DNA of 64,000 nt from Acidobacteriota bacterium (lineage in GTDB: Bacteria; Acidobacteriota; UBA6911; RPQK01; JAJDTT01), in assembly GCA_965209055.1 (NCBI GenBank), contig OZ242374.1, positions 736,001 through 800,000 on the forward strand. The letters are read 5' to 3'. Numbering within the stretch: the stretch's first letter is position 1; each line of letters starts with the position of its first letter. Positions 1-11,500 of this stretch are shown in pieces. The translations under genes were made by a program, and so were the position numbers. The notes beneath the pieces are model-generated. The model saw only the letters and a program-made list of their open reading frames with translations. It had not been told where the DNA came from and ran no database searches.

Positions 1-2197
1 CACGGGAGAGCCCTTCCCAGGGAATATCATCCCGTCGAGCAGGTTTCATCCATTTGCCAACCAATACATAGGTCTCGGTTTCATACCGGCGCCCAATCAG
101 CCGCCCGGTGACGTCTTCAATCTCATTGGCGAGACGGGTCTCGTGAGAAATGATGACAAATTCATCACGCGAGTGGATTTTGCACTCTCGGAGACGGATA
201 GATTCTTCGGAAGATGGTCCGGGATTGACAGTATCGTCAACGATCGAAGTTTGTTGCCCGGGTCAGAAACGGCGCGTCCGTTAACTGCCCATAATCTGGT
301 TTTTGATTGGGTTCATTCGTTTGGACCCACACTGGTAGCCAATGCGAAAGCAGGTCTGAATAAGGTGGAAATCAGCTACTGGAGTCCAACAAACGCCCTG
401 ACGGATCCCGACTGGCCGACGGAATTTGGAATACGGAACATTAACATTGTTCCTGAGTGCAATGCGGTGCCAGGAGTGTCAATGGGTGGCTTTTCGACGT
501 TTGGTGGGCCAGGCAGCTGCATAGCCCCATTCCAGAATGACTGGCACTACATCTTCAACATGTCATGGATAAAGGGGCGCCATAACGTGTCCTGGGGATT
601 CGAGGTGCGCGATAAGGGTCACACGCTGATCGGCACCTTCAACCAGCAGGGTAACTTTCAGTATTTGGGTCAGTTCACCGGGCATCCGGTAGCAGACTTT
701 CTCCTGGGGCATACGAATCGAGTTATCGGTCACAAGACCGGTCCCGCAGTCGACAAAGAAGGAATCTGGTTCAACAGCTTCATCCAGGATGAGTTCAAAA
801 TCAGCCCCAATGTTAGCCTGACCCTCGGTCTGCGCTATCAGCTCTACCCCTGGCTGGTCTCCACAACCGGGGACCGGCTCGGCCTATTTGACGGAGCCGC
901 GAACGGAGGCGCCGGAGGCTTTCGCGCCGAGAGGGATGTCGGACGCGTGATTGACGTCGATAAGAACAACTTTGCTCCCCGGATTGGAATTGCGTGGAGC
1001 CCAGGGGGTTCTCAGGATTTTGCCATCCGTTCCAGTTTTGGAATCTTCTACGACGAGGTGCCCGGAAACGAACTGGCGTGGGACGCTATCCTTTCGCCCA
1101 ACAATAGTATTGTCCAGACCTTCTTCAGCGACACCGACAAGCCGACGATCGAAATCTCAACACTTTTTCCGGATCCGCCCCCGGGTGATCCGTTTGATAT
1201 AAAAGACATATCCCTCATACTCTTGAGTACTCCTCAGAGGCGGTCGGATCCCTATCAGCAGATATGGACCCTGAGCGTCCAACGTATGCTTCCTTGGGGC
1301 TTGTTTGGTGAGATGGCTTATGTGGGCTCTCATGGTGTGAGCATGTCGAAGCGGTGGAATATCAATCGGTCCATCGCACGTTGGCGTGAAGGGGGGCGAA
1401 CGGCAAACGACCCGTCCTGCGATTCGGCCTGCCGTCAGGCGAATCGTGCTTGGCCTGATTTTCAATTCATTCTCACGGATCATGCCATGGGACAGTCCTG
1501 GTATCACGGCCTGGAATTCACGCTACGAAAAGCTTTGAGTCAGGGATTGAGTTTTCTGACCACTTACTCCTGGGCGAAATCTTTGGATACTGATTCGTTT
1601 GACAGTAAGGGAGCCCGTAACTATGTGCCCTGGGATCGGGACAAAGGCTTGAGTACCTTCGATTTGCGGCACCGTTTTAACTTCAGCTTCGTATACGAGT
1701 TGCCTCTTTTTGAAGGCCAAAGCGCAGCCATGCGACACGTATTAGGAGGTTGGCAGCTGTCGGGCATCACGACGCTCATGAGCGGTTTCAACTTCCACCC
1801 AACTACAAGCTCGGATCCAGCCAACAGTGAGGCCATCTTCAACAAGCGTCCCAATCGCTTGGGAGACGGCAACCTGCCGGCCGGTCAGCGATCACCGGAT
1901 CGATGGTTTGATCTCGGCGCCTTTTCATTGCCGGCCCCTGGCACCTTTGGTAACTCGGGTGCTCAATTCCTGTACAGCGATGGTTTTGTCGGTCAGGACT
2001 TAGGGCTATTCAAGAATTTCAATATCCCAGGGATCTCGGAAGAAGCGAGAGTGCAGTTCCGGACAGAGTTTTTCAACATCTTCAATAACGTCAACTTTGG
2101 AAGACCAAGCGCCAATTTGGAGTCCGGATCCTACGGGCGGATCACGACAGCTACCGATGCACGAAGGATCCAATTCGGATTGAAGCTCATCTTCTAG
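1..2197 (+). CDS. TonB-dependent receptor, Oar-like (5' end outside window)
   Basis: Frame is open from position 2 (TGEPFPGNIIPSSRFHPFA). Contains the family motifs FIQDEFKI..LTLGLRY, NNFAPRIGIAW and QFRTEFFNIFN, and ends IQFGLKLIF (terminal Phe of an outer-membrane beta-barrel). Confidence 0.9.
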   Translation, partial: TGEPFPGNIIPSSRFHPFANQYIGLGFIPAPNQPPGDVFNLIGETGLVRNDDKFITRVDFALSETDRFFGRWSGIDSIVNDRSLLPGSETARPLTAHNLVFDWVHSFGPTLVANAKAGLNKVEISYWSPTNALTDPDWPTEFGIRNINIVPECNAVPGVSMGGFSTFGGPGSCIAPFQNDWHYIFNMSWIKGRHNVSWGFEVRDKGHTLIGTFNQQGNFQYLGQFTGHPVADFLLGHTNRVIGHKTGPAVDKEGIWFNSFIQDEFKISPNVSLTLGLRYQLYPWLVSTTGDRLGLFDGAANGGAGGFRAERDVGRVIDVDKNNFAPRIGIAWSPGGSQDFAIRSSFGIFYDEVPGNELAWDAILSPNNSIVQTFFSDTDKPTIEISTLFPDPPPGDPFDIKDISLILLSTPQRRSDPYQQIWTLSVQRMLPWGLFGEMAYVGSHGVSMSKRWNINRSIARWREGGRTANDPSCDSACRQANRAWPDFQFILTDHAMGQSWYHGLEFTLRKALSQGLSFLTTYSWAKSLDTDSFDSKGARNYVPWDRDKGLSTFDLRHRFNFSFVYELPLFEGQSAAMRHVLGGWQLSGITTLMSGFNFHPTTSSDPANSEAIFNKRPNRLGDGNLPAGQRSPDRWFDLGAFSLPAPGTFGNSGAQFLYSDGFVGQDLGLFKNFNIPGISEEARVQFRTEFFNIFNNVNFGRPSANLESGSYGRITTATDARRIQFGLKLIF

Positions 2198-2219
2198 TAC
2201 CCTCTTGAGAAGCTAGAGC

Positions 2220-2259
2220 ACGGACACCGAAGGTGCCTTCGGTGTCCGTCCCTTCTTTG
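2220..2259 (+). terminator. Putative intrinsic terminator
   Basis: Perfect hairpin ACGGACACCGAAGG-TG-CCTTCGGTGTCCGT followed by a pyrimidine run, between convergent genes. Confidence 0.65.
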
Positions 2260-2370
2260 CTCTCCTCCGATGATTACAGTCTCGAACTTCACCGGGCGAG
2301 CTTGGCTTTTAGCGCTCTGTAGGGGCGCAAAGCATTCTGGCCTGCGCGGTTGAACCGTTCCCGATCCAAG

Positions 2371-4137
2371 CTACGGATACTGCAGCTCCGGAAACAGGGC
2401 AGACTCCGCCTTGAGCCGCTTGTACTGGTTGAGTGCTGCTTCAGCCTCCTGATTCCTCCCGGACCGCCGATAGAGCGTGGACAAGGCGTAGTGCGCTTCA
2501 GGACTATCCGGCTGGATGCCGACAGCATGTTTGAGCAGCCTTTCGGCCTCGGCCAGATTGACATCCTTGATCTGGCGTTCGGCTTTCATCACGAGAGCCT
2601 GAAAATGATCTGAGTCCAGCGCCAGCACACGATCCAGATATTCGTCGGCTTTCCCGCCCTTCTGGTTTTCCTCGTAGAGGGCTTCAAGAACCGCTAGCTG
2701 ATAGAGGGCGTGCACCCCCAACGGTGAGGACTGATTGATAGCCAGCAACTCTTTCTCAGCTTCCTGCGTTCTGCCCAGCATCCGCAATGCCGAGCCCATG
2801 AGCAAACGGGTGTGATCGTCGGGGGCTCCGTTTGAGAGATAGCGGTCGATCCATTCCAGCGCTTTCCCGGCTCGATTGGCGGACAGGTACTGACGCGCCA
2901 CAATGAATTCGAGGCTGTGCTCCGCTGCCGTAGGGGCCACAGCCCGCAGCAGCCTACCGGCGATCTGAGTGTATCCGGGATGTTCCTGGGCTGATATGAC
3001 TGCTGAGACGATCATCTCCTTCAGTAGACCGGGATCGGTCCCCCAGGCTTTGCGAAACGTCTCGACGGCCGCCGTTTCGTTCCCCCGAGCGACGAGGGTA
3101 AAGGACAATCCGAACAGCGCGTGCATATTGTCGGGATTCATGTTGAGGATCTTTTTGTATTCCACCTCGGCCCCGTTCATGTCGAGAGCCTGAAAACGGA
3201 GTCCCGCTAGTTGAAGCCGTGGAGAGGGCGTCGCCGGATCCAGGCGTACATTCTCTCTGAGTGCAGCGATGGCCCGCTGCGGCTGGTTCAGCTGTATCCG
3301 CACCTGGGCCAGAGAATTGAAGTACTGGGGACGCGTCTCCAGTTCAGTCGCTCGGACGAAATACTCGCCAGCTTTCTCCAGATTGCCACGTGCAAACTCC
3401 GCACGGCCCAGGTTGTAGTGCGCCATGGCCGAGGACGGATCCTCAGCCAGAACTTCGCGGGACAACTCCTCAACACGGGGAATGTCTTGCAGTTGAAAAT
3501 AAGTATCGGCCAGCTTGAAAAGAATATCTGGATTTGAGGGTTGTTGCTCCAGAGCTGCCTCTATAGAGCGCGCGGCTTCATCATGTTTTCCTTGGGCGGA
3601 ATAGATTAATCCAAGTTGGTAGTGAACCTCCGCAGAATCCGGGAGGTCCAATTGCAAGGCCCTGGAGATGTGCCGCTCGGCGGATTCGTAGTCCTTCCTG
3701 GCGAAATCCATCCGGCCTTGCAGGAAGTAAACGGGTGCGGCGGCGCCTTCTTTGACGAGTGGTTCGAGCTTGCTTTGCGCCGAGTCCAAATCCCCATTCT
3801 GGAAGTGGAGCAGGCTCAGGAAGTATTGCAGCCGCGAAGGTTCGAACTGAGGATTGTCCACCTGGGGACGAAGCGCCACAACCCGTTCCAAGACCTCGAT
3901 CGCTGCTTTGTATTGAGACTGAAAGTGCAAGCTGACGCCCAGGTAGTAAAGGGCTTGAGCGTCGTCCGGGTAAGAATCAAGGTATTCTCGAAAGAGTTTC
4001 TCGGCCTCGGCCGATTTGTTCTGGTTAAGAAGTTCCAGGGCCTTCTGGCGAGCCTCTAAAAGCTCCTGCGACAGTCCCGGGGCAAAGATCGCGAGGGTTG
4101 TGACGAGTAGCACGGCAAGCTTGCCTGTCCAATTCAC
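2371..4137 (-). CDS. Exported tetratricopeptide repeat protein
   Basis: N-terminal signal peptide and many TPR motifs (AQALYYLGVSL, AEVHYQLGLIY, PEAHYALSTLY). Confidence 0.85.
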   Translation of the reverse strand: MNWTGKLAVLLVTTLAIFAPGLSQELLEARQKALELLNQNKSAEAEKLFREYLDSYPDDAQALYYLGVSLHFQSQYKAAIEVLERVVALRPQVDNPQFEPSRLQYFLSLLHFQNGDLDSAQSKLEPLVKEGAAAPVYFLQGRMDFARKDYESAERHISRALQLDLPDSAEVHYQLGLIYSAQGKHDEAARSIEAALEQQPSNPDILFKLADTYFQLQDIPRVEELSREVLAEDPSSAMAHYNLGRAEFARGNLEKAGEYFVRATELETRPQYFNSLAQVRIQLNQPQRAIAALRENVRLDPATPSPRLQLAGLRFQALDMNGAEVEYKKILNMNPDNMHALFGLSFTLVARGNETAAVETFRKAWGTDPGLLKEMIVSAVISAQEHPGYTQIAGRLLRAVAPTAAEHSLEFIVARQYLSANRAGKALEWIDRYLSNGAPDDHTRLLMGSALRMLGRTQEAEKELLAINQSSPLGVHALYQLAVLEALYEENQKGGKADEYLDRVLALDSDHFQALVMKAERQIKDVNLAEAERLLKHAVGIQPDSPEAHYALSTLYRRSGRNQEAEAALNQYKRLKAESALFPELQYP

Positions 4138-4329
4138 AGGCTAATTACATACCTTGAAACAGGTGCTGCGTGCAATTGTGCGAACCGGAGGCACCATCCT
4201 CCGGAGCGAATGCAGGAGGCGCCTCGGGCGCCGAAAGAGTTTGCCCCCCCACCGGCTGTTGCCAGTCAAACCAGTCAAAGGTGCTTGAAGACGAACCACC
4301 CACGTCGCATACTAGCTTGCTAAAGACGC

Positions 4330-5979
4330 ATGCTGCGCAAGACCGGACATTCCAAAGAGCGTCTGCTGCTCGTTGCAGTCACGGTTCTACTCCTTCTCAC
4401 GCCCGCTTTCATTCTCCCCGGAACTCAACGGGACGAACAGCGCCAGAAGGAGGAGAGTGTAGATCCCTATTCCGATTGGCTCGATGAAGACGTCTTCTAC
4501 ATCGTGACTCCCGAGGAAAGATCGGTCTTCGAGAAACTCACCGCTGACGAGGAGAAGGAGATTTTTATCGAGCAGTTCTGGCGCCGGCGCGACCCCGATC
4601 CGTCCACGGACTTCAACGAGTTCAAGGTCGAGCACTACAGGCGTATAGCCTATGCAAATGAGCGTTACAGTAATGCGGGTGTGTTCGGATGGCAGACTGA
4701 CCGGGGGCGCATCTACATTACTTTCGGCCCGCCTGAATCAGTCGACAAATACGGTGCAGGAGCAACCTACTATCGGGAGATCGAGGAGGGTGGAGGCGCG
4801 ACCCAGGTCTACCCCATGGAAAAGTGGTTCTACAACTACATTGAGGGGATAGGCAACGGCATTGAGATCGAATTCGTGGATCGTTCCATGACAGGCGACT
4901 TCCGGATCGCGTTGCGGCCCGAGGAGAAGGATGCCCTCCTGCGTATGCCCGGGGGTGGGAAGACCCTGTTCGAGAAGATGGGCTTCGAGACGAGAGCCTC
5001 TCGGATCAGGGGCTCGGAGCTGATGCGAAGCTTCGGCGGGGACGACGACGTCTACCACAAAGCAGGAGCGAATCCCTTTCTTCGTCTGGAGAGGTATTTC
5101 CAGCTGCAAAAGCCTCCCGAGATCAAGTTCACTGATTTGAAGGCGCAGGTAGACACGCGGGTCCGCTACACACGGTTTCCCGTTTCAGCCAACAACTCGC
5201 ACTTGCGGTTGAATGATTCTTCGTTTCTGGCTCCGATCACGGTCTATCTTCCGGTCTCGGAATTGACTTACCAATCGCTGGGAGAGGAAACGGAGCGCGC
5301 CACCGTGAATCTCTACGGTGCCGTGAGAAGTGCAGGCGGCAGGGTCATTCAGGAGTTCGAGGAGACTGTCTACGATGACCGGCGCGCGGGACTGGATCCC
5401 TCGGACGCCTATATCTACCCCTACAAGCGCTACCAGAAGATCATCCCGCTGTCGCCTGGTCTGTACAAACTAAGTCTCGTAGTCGAGGACGTCAGCAGTG
5501 GCGAGATGGGTTACCTGGAAAAGAAGTTGAATCTTCCTGTCAAGATGAGCGACGAACTCTCGCTTTCGTCGGTTGTCCTTTCCGATCTCATCACTCCGGC
5601 CAAAGAGGGCAGCTTGCCGGATCCTTTTGTGACGGCGCTGGGATGGAAAGTCTACCCGGTCAGCAACAACCACTTCCGCTCAGGAGAATCCCTCGGCATG
5701 TATTTCGAGGTGTATAACTTCGCAATCGATGGTGCCAGCTCGTACCCAGATCTGGACATCCTGGCAGAAGTCAAAGACAGCCATGGAAAAGTGCTGGTCA
5801 ACCAGGCGGACCAGGCACTCTTCGAAGTCCTGGGGGACCGGATAGCTGTCGCTTTTGTCTTCGGCTTGAAGGGCTTCGGGGCAGGCAAGTACGACCTTGA
5901 GTTGAAAGTGGAGGATCGGATCCTGCAGAAGAAGGTGTTGCAAAGGACCCGCTTCCAGGTCCCGCCAGACGAGTCTTGA
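4330..5979 (+). CDS. GWxTD domain-containing protein
   Basis: Signal peptide followed by WLDEDVFYI, FIEQFWRRRDP, EHYRRIAYANE and GWQTDRGRIYI. Confidence 0.9.
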   Translation: MLRKTGHSKERLLLVAVTVLLLLTPAFILPGTQRDEQRQKEESVDPYSDWLDEDVFYIVTPEERSVFEKLTADEEKEIFIEQFWRRRDPDPSTDFNEFKVEHYRRIAYANERYSNAGVFGWQTDRGRIYITFGPPESVDKYGAGATYYREIEEGGGATQVYPMEKWFYNYIEGIGNGIEIEFVDRSMTGDFRIALRPEEKDALLRMPGGGKTLFEKMGFETRASRIRGSELMRSFGGDDDVYHKAGANPFLRLERYFQLQKPPEIKFTDLKAQVDTRVRYTRFPVSANNSHLRLNDSSFLAPITVYLPVSELTYQSLGEETERATVNLYGAVRSAGGRVIQEFEETVYDDRRAGLDPSDAYIYPYKRYQKIIPLSPGLYKLSLVVEDVSSGEMGYLEKKLNLPVKMSDELSLSSVVLSDLITPAKEGSLPDPFVTALGWKVYPVSNNHFRSGESLGMYFEVYNFAIDGASSYPDLDILAEVKDSHGKVLVNQADQALFEVLGDRIAVAFVFGLKGFGAGKYDLELKVEDRILQKKVLQRTRFQVPPDES

Positions 5980-6115
5980 GCAAGATCCGAAAGCTTTCGG
6001 GCCGCTTTTCGCCACCCCACTAATTCTTTCTCCTACCTACAGCAGGGAGCAAACTTGCATATTGGCGGGCCTCACGGTCTTTGAGCGGAACACCTATGAG
6101 ATTGGCGAATAGGCA

Positions 6116-7757
6116 GTGATGATGAAACTGAAGAGCCTCGGCGTGATCCTGCTTCTGTGGCTGCCGATGGCCGTTCTCTCCAACCCGAATCAATACCGGG
6201 AAGTCTCAAGCGAACTCGGATTCCTGGGAAAAAATATCACTGGCGACGCCGACAAACCCCTGATCGTTGATTCGATGAGTGGAGGGGTCCTTTGTCTTGA
6301 CTATAACAACGACGGTTATATTGATGTCTACCTGGTCAATGGAGCCCAGAGAGGCGGAAAGAAGACTCCTAACCTTCTCTTTCGCAATAAAGGCAACGGA
6401 CACTTCGAAGAGGTAGCTAAGGAGGCAGGAGTAGCAGATTTGGGTTGGGGGATGGGCGGGACAGCGGCTGACATCGACAACGACGGCGATACGGACCTTT
6501 ACGTTACAAACTTCGGTCCCAATCGGCTTTACCGCAACAACGGCGATGGTACTTTTACCGACTTCACGCAGGCTTCGGGCACGGGCAGTAGTGCCTGGAG
6601 TGCCAGTGCAGCTTTTGCGGACCTCGATGGGGACGGCTGGGTCGACCTCTATGTGACCAACTACGTGGACTTCGACTTCTCTGCCCCCCCCCACATCCGG
6701 CCGATTCTGCCGTTTCAAAGGACGACCGGCCTATTGCGGACCGAAGCGCTATCCGGCCTCCCGCGATGTCCTTTACAGAAACCTGGGCAACGGAGTCTTT
6801 TCGGATGTCAGTAGAACGAGTGGTATTGCCGACCGCAGCTACTATGGACTTGGAGTGGTCTGCACCGATTATGACAACGACGGCGATCTCGACGTTTATG
6901 TCGCCAATGATTCGGTTCCCAACAATCTTTTTCAGAATAACGGCCGGGGTCAGTTCAAAGATGTGGCGCTGCAGGCTGGCGTAGCCGTGGATGCCAACGG
7001 AAGAGAGCAAGCGGGGATGGGGGTCGACGCCGGGGATTATGACAACGATGGCTGGATGGATCTGTATGTGACGAATTTTTCGGAAGAGTACAACACCCTC
7101 TATCGCAATCTGGGGAACGGCTTTTTTAGCGACAGCACCCGCGAGACCGGATTAGCTCAACCCACTATGAGCTATTTGGGATTCGGCACAGGTTTCATCG
7201 ACTTCAACCGTGATGGTCGCGTGGACCTCTTTGTCGCGAATGGTCATCTCTACCCCAACGTGCCACCCTATTCGATGCCGGATCAGTGGTTCTTGAATAT
7301 TGGGAACAGCCAGTTTCGCGATGTTTCGAATCAGGCATTCCCCTCACCAACCGCCGCCGTTGGACGCGGGGCGGCGTTTGTCGATCTCGACAATGACGGA
7401 AGTCTCGAGATCGTCGTCTCCATTCTGGATGATCAACCGCTGGTCTACCGTCGAGACCAACTGGGGAATCACTGGCTGGGCCTGAGACTCCAGGGAACAT
7501 GCAGCAATGGCGACGCCCTGGGGACGCGTGTCTTTCTGTCTTCAAAAAAAGGTGGTCCTCAGCAGATGAGAGAGGTACGGAGTTCCTCCAGCTATTGCTC
7601 ACAAAATGACCCGCGCATTCTCTTTGGCGTGCCCGACGGGGAAGCGGCGCTCAGGGTTGAGATTCGTTGGCCCAGCGGAAAGACATCGGTGCTCAAGGAC
7701 CTGAAACTCAATCGCTATCACGAAGTTGTAGAACCGGCTTGTGACGAGCCCGGCTGA
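6116..7757 (+). pseudogene. CRTAC1-family FG-GAP + ASPIC/UnbV protein, frameshifted at a C9 tract
   Basis: ORFs 6116-6814 and 6855-7757 are the two halves of one gene. Removing one C from the run at 6684-6692 restores SAPPTSGRFCRFKGRPAYCGPKRYPASRDVLYRNLGNG, which matches the paralogues. Confidence 0.8.
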
Positions 7758-8337
7758 TGGGATTCGGAGCCTGAGGCTCAACGCCGCCGTTTGGGGCAAG
7801 CGCAACGGCAAGATGTTCTGGGAGACGGAGCGAAGTGGATTTGGAACCTGACCGGGGAACTCTTCCCGGAGGCGGTGCAGATTATCGATCGCTTCCACGC
7901 CAAAGAGCGACTTCATACCCTCTCCAAGAACTTATTCGCTGATCGCCAGTTGGCCCAGGATTGGGCGCAACAACGTTGCCTGGAACTCGATGCCGGTCGG
8001 ATCGAGACCCTCTTATCTGAGCTTGCCACCGAGGCCGCTCACAACGAGGAAGCGAAAGCGGCCTGCACCTGTTTCCAGCAGAATCGACATCGCATGCGTT
8101 ACGCCCGATTCGAGGCGCAAGGGCTCTGCACGTCCACCGGAGTAGTGGAAGCCGGATGCAAGAATGCCATCGGGGCTCGGCTCAAGCGATCCGGAATGCA
8201 TTGGAGCGTGCCAGGAGCGAATTCGATCATGGCCCTGCGCTGTGTTCGGCTCAGTGGGCGCTTTGAGGACCCTTGGGAATGGAGAGCCAATTCCAAGGCT
8301 GCAGCTTGATCCGTCGTCACTTTTTTGTCGTGCACCC
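7758..8337 (+). mobile_element. Truncated ISKra4/UPF0236-like transposase remnant (C-terminal part and right end)
   Basis: Motifs LGDGAKWIW, IIDRFHAKE, RMRY and GVVEAGCK..IGARLKRSGMHW. The N-terminus is absent. The putative right end is TCACTTTTTTGTCGTGCACCC at ~8317-8337. Confidence 0.7.
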
Positions 8338-8550
8338 CCCCCCGAACTCGGACTGTTGACATGGCTGGACGGCATACCTTAAACTTCCGCCATCCTAGGC
8401 TACGGGACCAAGTATGTCCGACCGCGTATACGCTGATCCGTTCGATTCGATCAGTCCAGTCGGCTCTTCTACTGCAAGACGAAAACTGCGCATTCACGTC
8501 GGGCGGTTTCCCTCAGCCTCACTATTTCCCACTGATCGGGAGGAAAAGAA

Positions 8551-11500
8551 ATGCGACGTAATTCATTGGCCCTAGTGCTGTTGGTCGCCATCGTCCTGGC
8601 GTCGACCGGCGGTCTCAGGGCCCAGGCGGAAGGGTCCGGGACCATTACCGGCCGAGTGCTGGACGACACCACCGCGGTGGTTCCCGGGGCTGACGTTGAG
8701 GCCGTCAACGAGGCGACGGGCCTCCGCAGAACCGGCATCTCCAACGAACAGGGGGTCTTCAGTTTCGCCGCTTTGCCGGTGGGCTCCTACACCCTCAGTG
8801 TAGAGATGCCCGGCTTCAAGAAGGCAGTGGTGGAAGGGATCCAACTCGAGGTGTTCGCCGTGGTGGATCACACCTTGACGCTTCAGGTGGGTGAAGTCAG
8901 CGATACGGTGTTGGTCACGGCCGAGGCGACGGTCGTCGACCGGAGAACCGCCGAGCTGGGCACCGTGATCGGCGAGGAGATGGTGGAGGAGCTGCCGCTG
9001 AACGGAAGAGGGTTCCTGCAGCTCGCCGGGATTCAGGCCGGCGTGCAGGCCGGCGATTCGGCTCCCGGCGTCGCGCAGTGGGCTTACGGTCCTCGCCAGA
9101 CCTCCGCGGCCATATCCGGGACGCGGGTGAGTTCTACGTCGTACGTATTCGACGGAATTCCTTTCAAGGAACATTTCTACGGTGCTCCGGGGGCCCTCGT
9201 TCAAGTCGACGCCATTTCGGAATTCAAGGTCCAGAAGGGCTTTTTCACGGGCCGCGGGCAGACCCCGGGCGTGGTCAGCGTCGTCACCAAACAGGGAACC
9301 AACGCGATCAGTGGAAGCGCCTGGTTCTTTCACCGCAACGACAACCTGGACGCCAGAAGCTTTTTTGACCGGGAACTCGGAGAGTTTCGGCAACACCAGT
9401 GGGGATTCGAGGTCGGGGGGCCGGTACTGAAGGACAAGTTGTTCTGGTACGTCTCCTTGGAGGGGTTGAACTCAAGCCGTTTCAACACGCAGTTCCTCAC
9501 CGTACCGCCGACAAGATTTCTCCAGGGGGATTTTTCTTCCTTGTCGACTCCCGTCATTGACCCGATGACGGGTGAGCCTTTTCCCAACAACCAGATTCCG
9601 TCCAATCGCATTCACCCCTGGGCCCGGTTGTACATGGAGGATGGACTGATCCCGGCGCCCAATCTTCCGGGCACCGCCAACAACTTCACGGGTGCGGCGC
9701 CGAGAATCCAGGACGACACGAAATGGATCTGGCGTGGAGATTGGCAGGCTACAGACAACGATAAAGTCTTTGCCCGTGTGATCCACTCCGACTCGCAACT
9801 GTTCGACAGCAGAATCAACAGAGGCGCGAATGTCGAGTATCCGCTCTACGGAAGAAATGCCGTCGTCAACTGGACCCACGTATTCGCCAATAACCTGGTT
9901 CTGGATGCGCGGGCCGGATTGAACCGCGCCATCATGTCGCTGGCGCAAAACCTGGAACGGGACACGGACCCGATCTGGTCGGAGAGGTACGGCATCCGGA
10001 ACATCAACACGACTCGGACCTGCAACTATGCCCCGGCTGCAGGCATGGTCAGCTACACGCGTTTTGGCGGCGCCGGCAACTGCATCGTCCCGGTCAACAA
10101 CGACCTCTACTACATGGCCGACATGAGCTACACCCAGGGCCGGCACGAGATGACCTTCGGCATGACCATCATCGACCGGTTCACACAGCAACTGGCTGCT
10201 TCATGGACCCAGGGGAGCTTCCAATTTTCAGGAATCATTACCGGGAACGACGTTGCCGATTTCCTGCTGGGACATCCCGAGAACTCCACGGGCGCCGCGG
10301 CGGCCGGAGCGAATCGAGTCTCCATGTGGTGGGACGCCTATTTCGAGGACCGCATCCGCGTCACGCCCAATTTCAGCCTGACCCTGGCCTTGCGCTACCA
10401 GGTGCACCCCTGGCTGGCCCTGGAGGTCGGACCTGAAGGGGGCAACTATCTGGACATCATGGACTTCACGCGTCCGCGCGGAGGGGTGATCTTTGGAGGG
10501 CCCGGGAGTCTCATCGACACCGACTTCAATGACTTTGCTCCCCGGATCGGGTTCGCCTGGACACCCACTGCCAACCAGAATTTCGTGCTCCGGGGCAGCT
10601 ACGGTGTCTTCTATGATGAAACACCGGGTAACGATCTGGCCTGGGACAGCTCCGGTCCGCAGAATGCATTCATCAACAACGCCATCAGCCGGGACCCGAA
10701 GAACCCCATCGACATCGCCACACTGTTCAAGGATCCTCCCGTATTCGATCCGGACAACTTTAACGAGATTCTGGATATGAGCGATCCGATCGGGTACGTC
10801 TCACTGATTACCAGCAAGAGACGGAGCCCTTATCTGCAGAACTGGACCCTGAGTATCCAGAACATGCTTCCGGGCCAAGTCTTGCTTGAGACGGCCTATG
10901 TCGGATCGACGGGAAGGAAGCTGTCCCAGAGGCAGGAACTCAATCGGCCGCTTCCGCAGCTTGGCGCGCCCCCCTTCGAACAGGAGCGGCGCCCCTGGCC
11001 CAATATCGGCTTCAATATCCAGGATGCCGGTGCGGGGATGTCCGACTACAATGCGCTTCAAGTCACCCTCAGAAAAACCGGCACCAAATTGAGCTTCCTT
11101 ATGGGCTATACCTATGCGAAGACAACCGACTGGGATTCCTTTGGGTCGGTGACGACGTATCGGCTCACCGACACCAACAACGCTCGAAGCGATTGGGATA
11201 TGGGACATCGTCTGTCCTTCAGTTGGAACTACCTGCTTCCGAAAATGGAAGGACAGTCCGGCTTGATCCGGAATCTCCTGGGCGGTTGGCAGTTTGGTGG
11301 AATTACGACGCTGAACAGCGGACTGCCGATTACGATCGGCATGTCCAGCGACAACTCCAACACGGGAAGCACGTACAACGCGCGTCAGCCGAACCGGTTG
11401 CGCAACGGCACCAGGGGCAACCAGGACATCCAACAATGGTTCAATACGGCCGCCTTTGCCTTGAATCCCATCAATACATACGGGAACAGCGGCCGGAATA

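Noticed and set aside
7755-7790. Readthrough of the TGA ending the CRTAC1 gene at 7757
   Set aside because: The ASPIC/UnbV domain is already complete, and the downstream sequence is a transposase remnant, so this is an ordinary stop.
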